In this document: one piece after another, positions 37,035 through 44,894 of the stretch
Layout: each line of letters opens with the position of its first letter
How positions within the stretch are numbered: the stretch's first letter is position 1
Source: Hyphomicrobiales bacterium
Lineage (GTDB): Bacteria; Pseudomonadota; Alphaproteobacteria; Rhizobiales; OSC116
DNA: 64,000 nt
Reading direction: 5' to 3'
NCBI GenBank assembly: GCA_013214705.1
Contig: JABSRZ010000006.1
Coordinates: forward strand, 66,530 to 130,529
Notes under the pieces: generated by a model
The model's database searches: none
What the model saw: only the letters and a program-made list of their open reading frames with translations
What the model was told of the DNA's origin: nothing
Program-made: the position numbers and the translations under genes

Positions 37035-37702
37035 AAGGCAGCATCCTCCATTATATAATCGTCATCAAACATATAGCGGCCACCATCTAATTCTAGAATA
37101 TATGTGGCCTCTATACCCAACGGAATGTGTGATGAGGCGATGATGATGCCGCCAGCATTTATATGCTCATGCATTAATTTCACCAGCAGTTTTTGGCCTT
37201 CGCTATCTAATGATACGGAAGGTTCATCGAGCAGCCAAAGTGGGCGAGACACAGTTAATAACCGCGCCAACATTAGGCGTTTTTTTTGCCCGGCGCTTAA
37301 CCGTGCGGCCAATATATGCGGCATAGGCTCTAAGCCGACAGTGATTAACGCGGTGTCGATGCGGCTATTGTCGCCGTGCATAAAGTCGGTCCAGAAACGT
37401 AAATTTTCATAGACGGTTAGGTTTTTTTTCAGCGCATCTTGATGGGTGATGAAATGCGAAATACCAATAACCCCATCGCCGCGCGGCTCGGTGGGGTTGG
37501 CGGCCATAAACATGTCTATTTGGCCGCTACGGGGCTGTTCAGAGCCTGACAACAAATGCAACAAAGTGGTTTTGCCACTGCCATTTGGCCCGGTGAGCAA
37601 CATCGATTGGCCGGCGCTAAGCTCAAATTCGATGTTTTCGAATAATTGCCGTTCGCCTTTTTGAGCGCTTAGATTTTGGGTTTTTAATCGGTCAATTTTC
37701 AT
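37031..37702 (-). CDS. ccmA: Heme exporter ATP-binding protein CcmA
   Basis: 223 aa with Walker A GPNGSGKTT, LSAGQKKR and Walker B LWLLDEP. It is the first gene of the ccmABCDG string. Confidence 0.9.
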   Translation of the reverse strand: MKIDRLKTQNLSAQKGERQLFENIEFELSAGQSMLLTGPNGSGKTTLLHLLSGSEQPRSGQIDMFMAANPTEPRGDGVIGISHFITHQDALKKNLTVYENLRFWTDFMHGDNSRIDTALITVGLEPMPHILAARLSAGQKKRLMLARLLTVSRPLWLLDEPSVSLDSEGQKLLVKLMHEHINAGGIIIASSHIPLGIEATYILELDGGRYMFDDDYIMEDAAL

Positions 37703-37907
37703 ATGGGTAATAGTATAGGCCTATTTTAAATTTATAGGCATCATAAATGGCTTTATGCGCAATAAAAACCGGACAAATTGACCCATATATAAAAATTGGT
37801 TTTGTTTATTTGGCCAAAAGCCTAAGACCCTAGGGCTATGATCGGTTAATTTATATCAAAATAGGCCATAATTATCGAAAAAAAGCTTATTTTTGCCTCT
37901 GAAGGGC

Positions 37908-37972
37908 TAGAATATAGTTTAAAATGATTCTATAAGTTGCGCAGAAATTCAGCAATGTGATTGATTCACATT
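37908..37972. promoter_or_regulatory. Inverted repeats in the acnA upstream region
   Basis: TAGAAT (37908-37913), a 13-nt spacer and ATTCTA (37927-37932). Then AATGTGA (37954-37960), a 5-nt spacer and TCACATT (37966-37972), about 80-145 nt upstream of the acnA ATG. Confidence 0.3.
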
Positions 37973-38052
37973 TTAAACAAACGTGGCGGCTGACTGTTCG
38001 ATACCAGCATGAACAGAATTTATGCGCGTCACCACTAAGAGGGTATCAAACC

Positions 38053-40755
38053 ATGTCAACACCCCTAACTTCAATAGATAGTTTTAATTGCCGCCGCGAG
38101 CTTACGGTTGGCGCCAAAAGCTATGTTTATTTTGACCTAAAGGTAGCCGAAAAAAACGGCTTAACCGGCATTTCTAGTATGCCAAATTCACTTAAAGTGG
38201 TGCTCGAAAACCTGCTAAGGTTTGAAGATGGCCGCTCTGTGACCAAACAAGATATATTGGCGGTTGCCAATTGGGTTGAAAATGCCCATAGCGACGCTGA
38301 AATTGCCTACCGCCCCGCCCGGGTTTTGATGCAAGATTTTACCGGCGTGCCAGCTGTGGTGGATTTGGCGACCATGCGCGCGGCGATGGAAAAAATTGGC
38401 GAAGACCCACGGAAAATTAACCCGCAAGTGCCGGTCGATTTGGTGATTGACCATAGTGTGATGGTGGATAATTTTGGCACACCAACGGCGTTTGAGCAAA
38501 ATGTTGAGATGGAATATATACGCAATAAAGAGCGTTATGAGTTTTTACGCTGGGGCGCAAGCGCGTTTGATAATTTTCGGGTTGTGCCTCCAGGAACCGG
38601 AATTTGTCACCAAGTGAACCTAGAATATTTGGCACAAACGGTTTGGACACGCAGCCAAACTATCGATGGCAAAGAGGTTGAAGTGGCCTTCCCAGATACA
38701 TTGGTGGGCACAGATAGCCATACCACGATGATTAACGGCATGGCTGTGCTGGGTTGGGGCGTTGGCGGCATTGAAGCCGAAAGCTCGATGCTAGGGCAAC
38801 CTATTTCTATGCTAGTGCCAGATGTTGTCGGGTTTGAACTAACCGGTAAAATGACCGAAGGCACAACCGCAACTGACATGGTGCTGACCATAGTTGAAAT
38901 GTTGCGCGGGCTTGGCGTTGTGGGTAAATTTGTAGAATTTTATGGCGATGGTTTGAATGATTTAACCTTAGAAGACCAAGCCACTATTGCCAATATGGCA
39001 CCTGAATATGGCGCGACTTGTGGCTTTTTCCCGGTCGATAAAGAAACGCTTAAATATTTACATCATACAGGCCGTGATGAAGACCGCATTGCCCTCGTTG
39101 AAGCTTATTCTAAAGCTCAAGGCATGTTCCGCGATGAAAATTCGGCTGAACTAAAATTTACTGACACTTTGCATTTAGACCTTGCCGATGTTGTGCCGTG
39201 TATTTCTGGCCCTAAACGCCCGCAAGACCGCATTAAATTGGATGTAGCTGCCAGTTCATTTGCCACAATTATGGGCAAAGAATTTAACCAAGCAGGTCAA
39301 CATAACAAACGGGTTGCATTGGTCGGCAAAGACCATGACCTTGGCAATGGCGACATTGTGGTGGCGGCCATTACCTCTTGCACCAATACATCTAACCCCG
39401 CTGTGCTGATTGCAGCGGGTTTGGTGGCAAAGAAATGTAATGAATTGGGCATTAGCGCTAAACCTTGGGTCAAAACCTCTTTGGCTCCGGGCAGCCAAGT
39501 TGTGACCGATTATTTAGAAGCCGCTGGTTTGCAATCTGAATTGGATGCAGCAGGCTTTAACCTTGTGGGTTATGGTTGCACAACTTGTATTGGCAATTCA
39601 GGGCCTATTGATCCGGCTTATGTTAAAGCGATTGAAGAGCATGATTTGGTGGCTTGTAGTGTGCTTTCGGGCAATAGAAATTTTGAAGGCCGCATCAGCC
39701 CCGACGTGCGGGCAAACTTTTTGGCATCTCCGCCATTGGTTGTGGCCTATGCCATTGCTGGTAACCTAAATGTCGACGTCGCTAACGATGTTTTGGCGGT
39801 CGATAAAGATGGCAATGATGTTTATTTAAAAGACATTTGGCCATCTAACCAAGAAATTGCCGACATTGTTGGCAAATGCATCACCCGTGAAATGTTCCAA
39901 AAACGTTATGCCGATGTATTTAAAGGCGATGAATATTGGCAAGCGATTGAAGTTGATGGTGGCCTGACTTATAACTGGAATTCAACCTCGACTTACATTC
40001 AACACCCGCCTTATTTTGAAGGCATGGGCGCAGAACCAACCCCATTGCCGGGCATAAAAGGCGCGCGGGTTATGGCATTGTTGGGTGATACTGTCACCAC
40101 CGACCATATTTCACCAGCTGGCCAATTTAGGCCTGAACACCCGGCTGGGCAATATTTGGTCGATCGTCAAGTGGCACCAAAAGATTTTAACTCTTATGGC
40201 TCTCGCCGTGGCAACCACCAAGTTATGATGCGTGGCACATTTGCCAATATACGCATTAAAAACGCCATGATACCGGGTTCAGAAGGCGGTGTGACCCGTC
40301 ATTACCCGTCTGGTGATGATATGTGGATTTATGACGCGGCCGAAAAATACAAAGCCGAAGGCGTGCCTTTGGTGATATTTGGCGGCAAAGAATATGGCAC
40401 TGGCTCTAGCCGTGATTGGGCGGCAAAAGGCACTAACCTATTGGGCGTGCGGGCAGTGATTACCGAAAGTTTCGAGCGCATTCATCGGTCGAACCTTGTG
40501 GGTATGGGGGTTTTGCCATTGCAATTTAAAGCTGGCACAAGCTGGGAAAGCCTCGGCTTAATTGGCGATGAAGTTGTGAGCATAAATGGCATCGACAATC
40601 TATCCCCACGTTGTGACCTAGAATTGGTTATCACCATGGGCAATGGCGATGTCAAGAAAATGCCAGTGCTATGCCGCATCGACACGCTAGACGAGCTAGA
40701 TTACGTGCAAAATGGTGGCATATTGCAATATGTGCTACGTGACCTAGCTAAATAA
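38053..40755 (+). CDS. acnA: Aconitate hydratase A
   Basis: 900 aa from the ATG at 38053 (MSTPLTSIDSF..., SD AAGAGGG). It has the full AcnA/IRP architecture with Fe-S ligand segments (ITSCTNTSNP, GCTTCIGNSG). The 32 extra N-terminal codons in the ORF track lack support. Confidence 0.93.
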   Translation: MSTPLTSIDSFNCRRELTVGAKSYVYFDLKVAEKNGLTGISSMPNSLKVVLENLLRFEDGRSVTKQDILAVANWVENAHSDAEIAYRPARVLMQDFTGVPAVVDLATMRAAMEKIGEDPRKINPQVPVDLVIDHSVMVDNFGTPTAFEQNVEMEYIRNKERYEFLRWGASAFDNFRVVPPGTGICHQVNLEYLAQTVWTRSQTIDGKEVEVAFPDTLVGTDSHTTMINGMAVLGWGVGGIEAESSMLGQPISMLVPDVVGFELTGKMTEGTTATDMVLTIVEMLRGLGVVGKFVEFYGDGLNDLTLEDQATIANMAPEYGATCGFFPVDKETLKYLHHTGRDEDRIALVEAYSKAQGMFRDENSAELKFTDTLHLDLADVVPCISGPKRPQDRIKLDVAASSFATIMGKEFNQAGQHNKRVALVGKDHDLGNGDIVVAAITSCTNTSNPAVLIAAGLVAKKCNELGISAKPWVKTSLAPGSQVVTDYLEAAGLQSELDAAGFNLVGYGCTTCIGNSGPIDPAYVKAIEEHDLVACSVLSGNRNFEGRISPDVRANFLASPPLVVAYAIAGNLNVDVANDVLAVDKDGNDVYLKDIWPSNQEIADIVGKCITREMFQKRYADVFKGDEYWQAIEVDGGLTYNWNSTSTYIQHPPYFEGMGAEPTPLPGIKGARVMALLGDTVTTDHISPAGQFRPEHPAGQYLVDRQVAPKDFNSYGSRRGNHQVMMRGTFANIRIKNAMIPGSEGGVTRHYPSGDDMWIYDAAEKYKAEGVPLVIFGGKEYGTGSSRDWAAKGTNLLGVRAVITESFERIHRSNLVGMGVLPLQFKAGTSWESLGLIGDEVVSINGIDNLSPRCDLELVITMGNGDVKKMPVLCRIDTLDELDYVQNGGILQYVLRDLAK

Positions 40756-40780
40756 TTTGGTAATATTATGAATTTAAAAA

Positions 40781-40808
40781 ACCGCCTTATGACTAGGGCG
40801 GTTTTTTT
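40781..40808 (+). terminator. Rho-independent terminator after acnA
   Basis: ACCGCC, a loop, GGCGGT and then T6. An A-rich stretch precedes the stem. Confidence 0.8.
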
Positions 40809-40912
40809 GCTGATAATCACCAAAATGTGAGCCATTATAGCGCGATGTGATTGGTCAGGATTTATTTTATATATTATGTTAGGCTAGAAACTAGGTTTGT
40901 AGGGCAGTATTC

Positions 40913-41680
40913 ATGCGTAAAATATTTATCATATCGTTATTTTTGTCTGTTATATGGGCGACAAACGGCTATGCAGAAAATAAGTTTAAATTCACAAAAG
41001 TCGATGGCATAGTTGAATTATTCACCTCGCAAGGTTGTTCTTCCTGCCCACCAGCCGATGCCTATATGGGCGAAATTAAGCGCACCAAACCCAACCATTT
41101 GGTGCTGACTTATGCAGTGACTATATGGGATTATTTGGGTTGGAAAGATAATTTCGCCACCGCCAAAAATACCAACCGCCAACGCAATTATAGCAATTAT
41201 TTGCATTTGAGTAGTGTTTATACGCCGCAATCGGTGGTTAACGGCAGCATCGATGTTGTCGGCAGCGATAAGCATAAAATAACCGAACATTTGGCCAAAT
41301 CCCACCTAAATAATATAAATATTTACATGCCGATGCTGATCACCCAAGATGAAATGAAGGTGAAAATTTCACTGCCCGCTGCCTCGGCAGAGTTGCTGGC
41401 ACTGCGCAAAAAATTTGATGCCACTTTATGGTTGGTCAAATATAAAGACCTTGCCAATGTCAGCATAGCTGCCGGAGAAAATTCCGGCCGCGCGATAGAT
41501 TATCATAATGTTGTTGGTGATTTTGTACCGCTCGGCATGTGGGAAGGCGAGGCGCGCGAGTTTACGGTTTCGCATAGAGATTTAAACGGCCAAGTTGGCG
41601 ATTTAGCCACCAACCAAGTTGCCTTTATATTACAACTCGATGGCGTCGGGCCAATAATTTCGGCGATGAAATCTAAATAG
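40913..41680 (+). CDS. DUF1223 domain protein (secreted thioredoxin-like)
   Basis: 255 aa with a signal peptide and the ELFTSQGCSSCPPAD motif characteristic of DUF1223. Confidence 0.8.
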   Translation: MRKIFIISLFLSVIWATNGYAENKFKFTKVDGIVELFTSQGCSSCPPADAYMGEIKRTKPNHLVLTYAVTIWDYLGWKDNFATAKNTNRQRNYSNYLHLSSVYTPQSVVNGSIDVVGSDKHKITEHLAKSHLNNINIYMPMLITQDEMKVKISLPAASAELLALRKKFDATLWLVKYKDLANVSIAAGENSGRAIDYHNVVGDFVPLGMWEGEAREFTVSHRDLNGQVGDLATNQVAFILQLDGVGPIISAMKSK

Positions 41681-42272
41681 CCCACCATTTTGAAATAAGC
41701 TCGTTCAACAGTGTTTCCTGCGCGCTCGGTGAATTTATATAGCCGCCCTTATATAAGGCAAGTGTATGAAAGTAAAATGCTTGCATGGCTTGTGTGCTTA
41801 ATTCGGCATCTGCCGGGCTGGTAGGTGTATGTTTTTGGGAATGGTTTTGCAGCGTGTCACGTATAATTTGCTCAAAGTTGCCACATAATTTTACAAATTC
41901 ATCCGTCCATATGCCACTTTTCAAAGTCGATTGAACCAGAAATAATTGTGCAAAATCGGGGTTTTCTCTAAAAATTTTCAACCATGGTCGATATAGCTGC
42001 ATGAGTTTTTCACTCAGATCAGCAGAGGGTTTATTTGCTACTGATGATTTTTGAGTTTCTAATAGATCGACTAGAAACTTTAGTTTTATGGCGATGAGTA
42101 AACTAGTTTTGTCGCCAAAGTGTGAGAATATACTGCCTTTTACCACCCCGGCTTTGCTAGCGACCTGCTCCATACTGGTGTTTTCGAAACCATGCTTATC
42201 GAATAATTTTTCGGCAGCAATCAAGATATTATGCTTGGTCTCAATTGTTCTTTTTTGGGGCTTGCCAACCAT
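41673..42272 (-). CDS. TetR/AcrR family transcriptional regulator
   Basis: 199 aa with the HTH SMEQVASKAGVVKGSIFSHFGDKTSLL. It is divergent from a flavodoxin-like oxidoreductase gene. Confidence 0.85.
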   Translation of the reverse strand: MVGKPQKRTIETKHNILIAAEKLFDKHGFENTSMEQVASKAGVVKGSIFSHFGDKTSLLIAIKLKFLVDLLETQKSSVANKPSADLSEKLMQLYRPWLKIFRENPDFAQLFLVQSTLKSGIWTDEFVKLCGNFEQIIRDTLQNHSQKHTPTSPADAELSTQAMQAFYFHTLALYKGGYINSPSAQETLLNELISKWWAI

Positions 42273-42315
42273 TTTTTAACTCCTGTTTGTATATTTTTCC
42301 AAACTAATATTTTTC

Positions 42316-42380
42316 TTGACCTTAGTCAAATATTGACCTAAGTCATTAAATGACTATGGACATTAAATGACTTAGGTCAA
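42316..42380. promoter_or_regulatory. Nested palindromic operator candidates between tetR and the NAD(P)H oxidoreductase gene
   Basis: TTGACCTTAGTCAA lies at 42316-42329. A perfect 15-bp inverted repeat pairs TTGACCTAAGTCATT (42333-42347) with AATGACTTAGGTCAA (42366-42380). CATTAAATGACT is repeated at 42344 and 42361. Confidence 0.55.
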
Positions 42381-42393
42381 ATAAAGGAGACAC

Positions 42394-42969
42394 ATGACAA
42401 AAATATTTATTATAGATTGCCATCCCAATGGCCAATCTTTTAGCCTTGGTTTGTTTGAGCAATATATCAAGGGTGCGCAAAAAGCTGGGCATGAGGTGAA
42501 GTCAATGCGACTATCGGCCATGGATTTTGAAATAGACCTAGCCAAACAAGATGAAACAGACAAAATGGAGCCTTGTTTGGTGGAATTTCAACACAAACTC
42601 ACATGGTGTGAACATGTGGTGTTCATTTCTCCTTTATGGTGGGGCTTTATGCCGGCAAAAATGAAGGGTCTTATCGACCGGGTATTTCTGCCTCAATATG
42701 CCTATGCTTATGATGGAAAATCGGCGTCACCCATAAAATTACTCAACGGCAGGAGCGGCGATATTTTGGTCACCAGTGATACACCAAATTGGTATTTTAA
42801 TTGGATATACCGATCCGCAGCGTTTAAAATCATGCGTATGCAGATATTTGAATTTGTCGGCATTAAACCGGTAAAATTTCATATGTTTTCACCACTTAGG
42901 CAATCAACCGAACGGTTGCGGTTGAAATTATTAAACCGGGCTTGGAAACTAGGAAACCGAGTTTCTTAG
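42394..42969 (+). CDS. NAD(P)H dehydrogenase (quinone) / flavodoxin-like fold oxidoreductase
   Basis: 191 aa. It begins MTKIFIIDCHPN, with a later segment FISPLWWGFMPAKMKGLIDRV typical of the Flavodoxin_2 (MdaB/KefF-like) family. Strong SD AAGGAG. Confidence 0.8.
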   Translation: MTKIFIIDCHPNGQSFSLGLFEQYIKGAQKAGHEVKSMRLSAMDFEIDLAKQDETDKMEPCLVEFQHKLTWCEHVVFISPLWWGFMPAKMKGLIDRVFLPQYAYAYDGKSASPIKLLNGRSGDILVTSDTPNWYFNWIYRSAAFKIMRMQIFEFVGIKPVKFHMFSPLRQSTERLRLKLLNRAWKLGNRVS

Positions 42970-43147
42970 GGTTGCGAGCTAGCAAAATACTCAAAGATAA
43001 AGAGGCTATAGCTGGTTTTCGCAGACAGTTATTATGGTCCAGCAGGTTTGAAATGCGCGGAAAGCCGGGTTAAACAATTGTTAAGCATAAAATGTGTGCT
43101 AGCGAGCGATAAAATGAGTCTGCAAACCAAAGCAGTCAAAACCAAGC

Positions 43148-43176
43148 AAAAAAAGCTAGCGCGAGCTAGCTTTTTT
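43148..43176. terminator. Bidirectional Rho-independent terminator in an ORF-poor region
   Basis: A7, GCTAGC, GCGA, GCTAGC, T6, symmetric so it is usable on both strands. Confidence 0.7.
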
Positions 43177-43283
43177 GAGGTCGGGGAGAGGGTAACCTGA
43201 CATTGCCAAACCTTTATGGAGTGAAAGGAAGGATTGGTATCATTCACAACGGGGATGCGAACGATACCAAATCCAGAGGCAAC
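43148..43283 (-). ncRNA. Candidate small RNA (about 135 nt), hypothetical
   Basis: On the minus strand, TTGTCT, a 16-nt spacer and TATATT form a promoter-like element near 43290-43317. An 11-bp stem-loop follows (43231-43273), then C/U-rich stretches (CCUUCCUUUCACUCC, UACCCUCUCCCC) and a terminator with U7. No convincing ORF is present. Confidence 0.25.
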
Positions 43284-43364
43284 ATTAATAATATAGGTAT
43301 GAAACATGGCAAGACAAGGGCTTAAACTAGGCAAAACTGTGATAAATTATCACATGTTTGTGAT

Positions 43365-43601
43365 TTTTGCGTCGATCTTAGTCGTTGGAAATTCGCTCAT
43401 GTACGTTATGTCCAAATCGCTACTTTCCACCTATAATATCTTAGCAAAATAACCTTAGTTTCGAATTGGGTTGGATTTTGCGTTTGGGTCAGATTTTGCG
43501 TAAATTTTAGTTGTTGGAAATTTGCTCATGGACGTTATGTCCATATAGCTACTTTCTGCTTATAACAGCTTGGCAAAATAACAGCCGTTTCGAATAGGGT
43601 T
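43365..43601. repeat. Two 108-nt tandem repeat units (43365-43472 and 43494-43601), period 129
   Basis: A hand alignment without indels gives 89 of 108 identical positions. A third partial GATTTTGCGT lies in the spacer. Each unit carries a TATAAT/TATAAC box and an internal hairpin (ATGGAC-GTTAT-GTCCAT in unit 2). Confidence 0.8.
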
Positions 43602-43658
43602 AATTTTTTGTTTTCATATTTTTCTAGATGAGTTAGCATAATGCCATTGGAGACATGG

Positions 43659-43982
43659 ATGAGCCAAAAGCCAAAAAATCAAATAATGAGTTTTCAGCGC
43701 CTTGAACTGCATATGATTCAAGGCATGTATGGCCGCGGCGTGGCGGCCGGCGTGTGGAAAGATTATGCGATAGATATCGGGCATAAAGTGGCGATATTCT
43801 CTATCTACCGCAATGCCAGTGAAGTGCCGATATATCAAGTGATTAAAGACCCAAATCTGCGCCATAAACAGGGTCAATATAGAGTGGTGAGCCAAACCGG
43901 GCAGATTTTAAGACGTGGCGATGAGCTTAAACAAGTTTTAAAAATATTAGATAAATTCCAAACCCATCTTTCGGTTATCTGA
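43659..43982 (+). CDS. DUF2794 domain protein
   Basis: The pattern F.R.EL..I...YGR.VAAG.W.DYAID......A.FSI.R.ASE.P.Y.V.KDP.L..KQG.Y.V....GQIL.RG.EL..VL matches the alphaproteobacterial DUF2794 family. The ATG at 43659 follows GGAGA, and an alternative ATG lies at 43641. Confidence 0.75.
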   Translation: MSQKPKNQIMSFQRLELHMIQGMYGRGVAAGVWKDYAIDIGHKVAIFSIYRNASEVPIYQVIKDPNLRHKQGQYRVVSQTGQILRRGDELKQVLKILDKFQTHLSVI

Positions 43983-44002
43983 TGAATAGCCTAAATAAGC
44001 CC

Positions 44003-44037
44003 AAAAAAAAGCCCTCGCTATATAGTGCGAGGGCTTT
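44003..44037. terminator. Bidirectional terminator between DUF2794 and the BAX-inhibitor-like gene
   Basis: A8, GCCCTCGC, an 8-nt loop, GCGAGGGC, TTT. It is strongest for the minus-strand gene, which sees U8 after the stem. Confidence 0.8.
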
Positions 44038-44056
44038 AATAATTGCGGTTTAAGGC

Positions 44057-44785
44057 TTAGTCACGGCTCATGAAACCCATAATGCTTAGGATGTGAATGA
44101 ATAAGGTGATGAAACTACCATAAAGCATGAAAGCCCCAAAAATAGCTTTTTCAGTCACCGGGCCACCTTGGTAATACATGCGTTTAATCATTTGGGTTTC
44201 ATAAGCGGTAATGCCAGAAATAAGCAATATAACGCCACATGAAACGATGACACTAAACCAGTCAGATTGGAAGAAGAACAGGTTTAAGAAAGACACGGCG
44301 ATGATGCCGATAAACGCCATGGTGAAGAATGTACCAAGACCTGATAGGTTCTTTTTGGTGGTATAGCCAAATAAGCTCATGCCGGCAAAGGCCACAACTG
44401 TATAAGCCAAAGCTTGGAAGATAAGAATTGACTGGTCGGCCAATAAGAATGACGCCACCATCGGTGAAATCATCGCGCCCCAAAGGCCAGCATAGAGCCA
44501 AAAAGCGCCATGGGCTAATATCGGATTGCCAGAGAATATGAGCTTAGGCGAAAACCAGCCAAGGCCCAAAATACCAGCAAATAACACCCATTTCATCGGG
44601 CCACCGGCGATGGTAATCATCAGCTCAACATTGCTAGACATATATAACACAATTAATGCGGTAAAAGCTAAGCCCAAACCCATATAATTGTAAACTTTTA
44701 GCATGTAAGCCCGCAGGCCTTGATCTAGCTGTTCGCGGCTTACGCTTGGCGTAAAACCAGGATTGTTCTGATTGAAATTTGACAT
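44057..44785 (-). CDS. BAX inhibitor-1 / YccA family membrane protein
   Basis: 7 TM helices, the LR.YM..VY N-terminal motif and a charged C-terminal end. The ATG at 44785 has AAGGG upstream, whereas the track start at 44806 is a TTG. Confidence 0.85.
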   Translation of the reverse strand: MSNFNQNNPGFTPSVSREQLDQGLRAYMLKVYNYMGLGLAFTALIVLYMSSNVELMITIAGGPMKWVLFAGILGLGWFSPKLIFSGNPILAHGAFWLYAGLWGAMISPMVASFLLADQSILIFQALAYTVVAFAGMSLFGYTTKKNLSGLGTFFTMAFIGIIAVSFLNLFFFQSDWFSVIVSCGVILLISGITAYETQMIKRMYYQGGPVTEKAIFGAFMLYGSFITLFIHILSIMGFMSRD

Positions 44786-44818
44786 TTTAACCCTTTCAAT
44801 ATTCAATATAAAGTCAAT

Positions 44819-44858
44819 ATGGGGTTTTCTGCTTGGTATTGCAAGTGACTAACCCCAT
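44819..44858 (-). terminator. Possible terminator hairpin after the ybbP-like gene
   Basis: An 8-bp stem ATGGGGTT / AACCCCAT with a long loop, followed on the minus strand by a moderately U-rich tract. Confidence 0.3.
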
Positions 44859-44894
44859 TATTAGGCCACTATCCCAATTAATTGTTTGACATGA

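Noticed and set aside
37954-37972. AATGTGA-N5-TCACATT considered as a CRP/FNR-family site.
   Set aside because: Canonical CRP sites have a 6-nt spacer between TGTGA and TCACA and FNR sites use TTGAT-N4-ATCAA, whereas the spacer here is 5 nt. It is kept only as an unassigned inverted repeat.
37957-38052. N-terminal 32-codon extension of acnA from an alternative start.
   Set aside because: The ATG at 38053 has a strong AAGAGGG SD, and the AcnA homology starts there. The extension covers the palindromic upstream region.
43032-43334. 100-aa minus-strand ORF in the ORF-poor region.
   Set aside because: It reads straight through a strong bidirectional terminator hairpin and the 11-bp stem-loop. 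Its composition looks non-coding, so the region is better explained as RNA or regulatory DNA.
43339-43353. GTGATAAATTATCAC considered as a Fur box.
   Set aside because: It is a 7-1-7 palindrome, but the register is shifted relative to TGATAAT-N-ATTATCA. Calling it Fur-regulated would be over-interpretation, so it is reported only as an unassigned palindrome.
43455-43475. GTTTCGAAT segments in the tandem repeats, considered as tRNA T-loop remnants (tRNA-derived element or integration site).
   Set aside because: The flanking bases do not form a T-stem. No acceptor, D or anticodon arms can be drawn, and no integrase is nearby.
43365-43601. Tandem repeats considered as a CRISPR array or minisatellite.
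   Set aside because: There are only two long (108-nt) diverged units, with no short conserved repeat and variable spacer organisation. No cas genes are present in the window.
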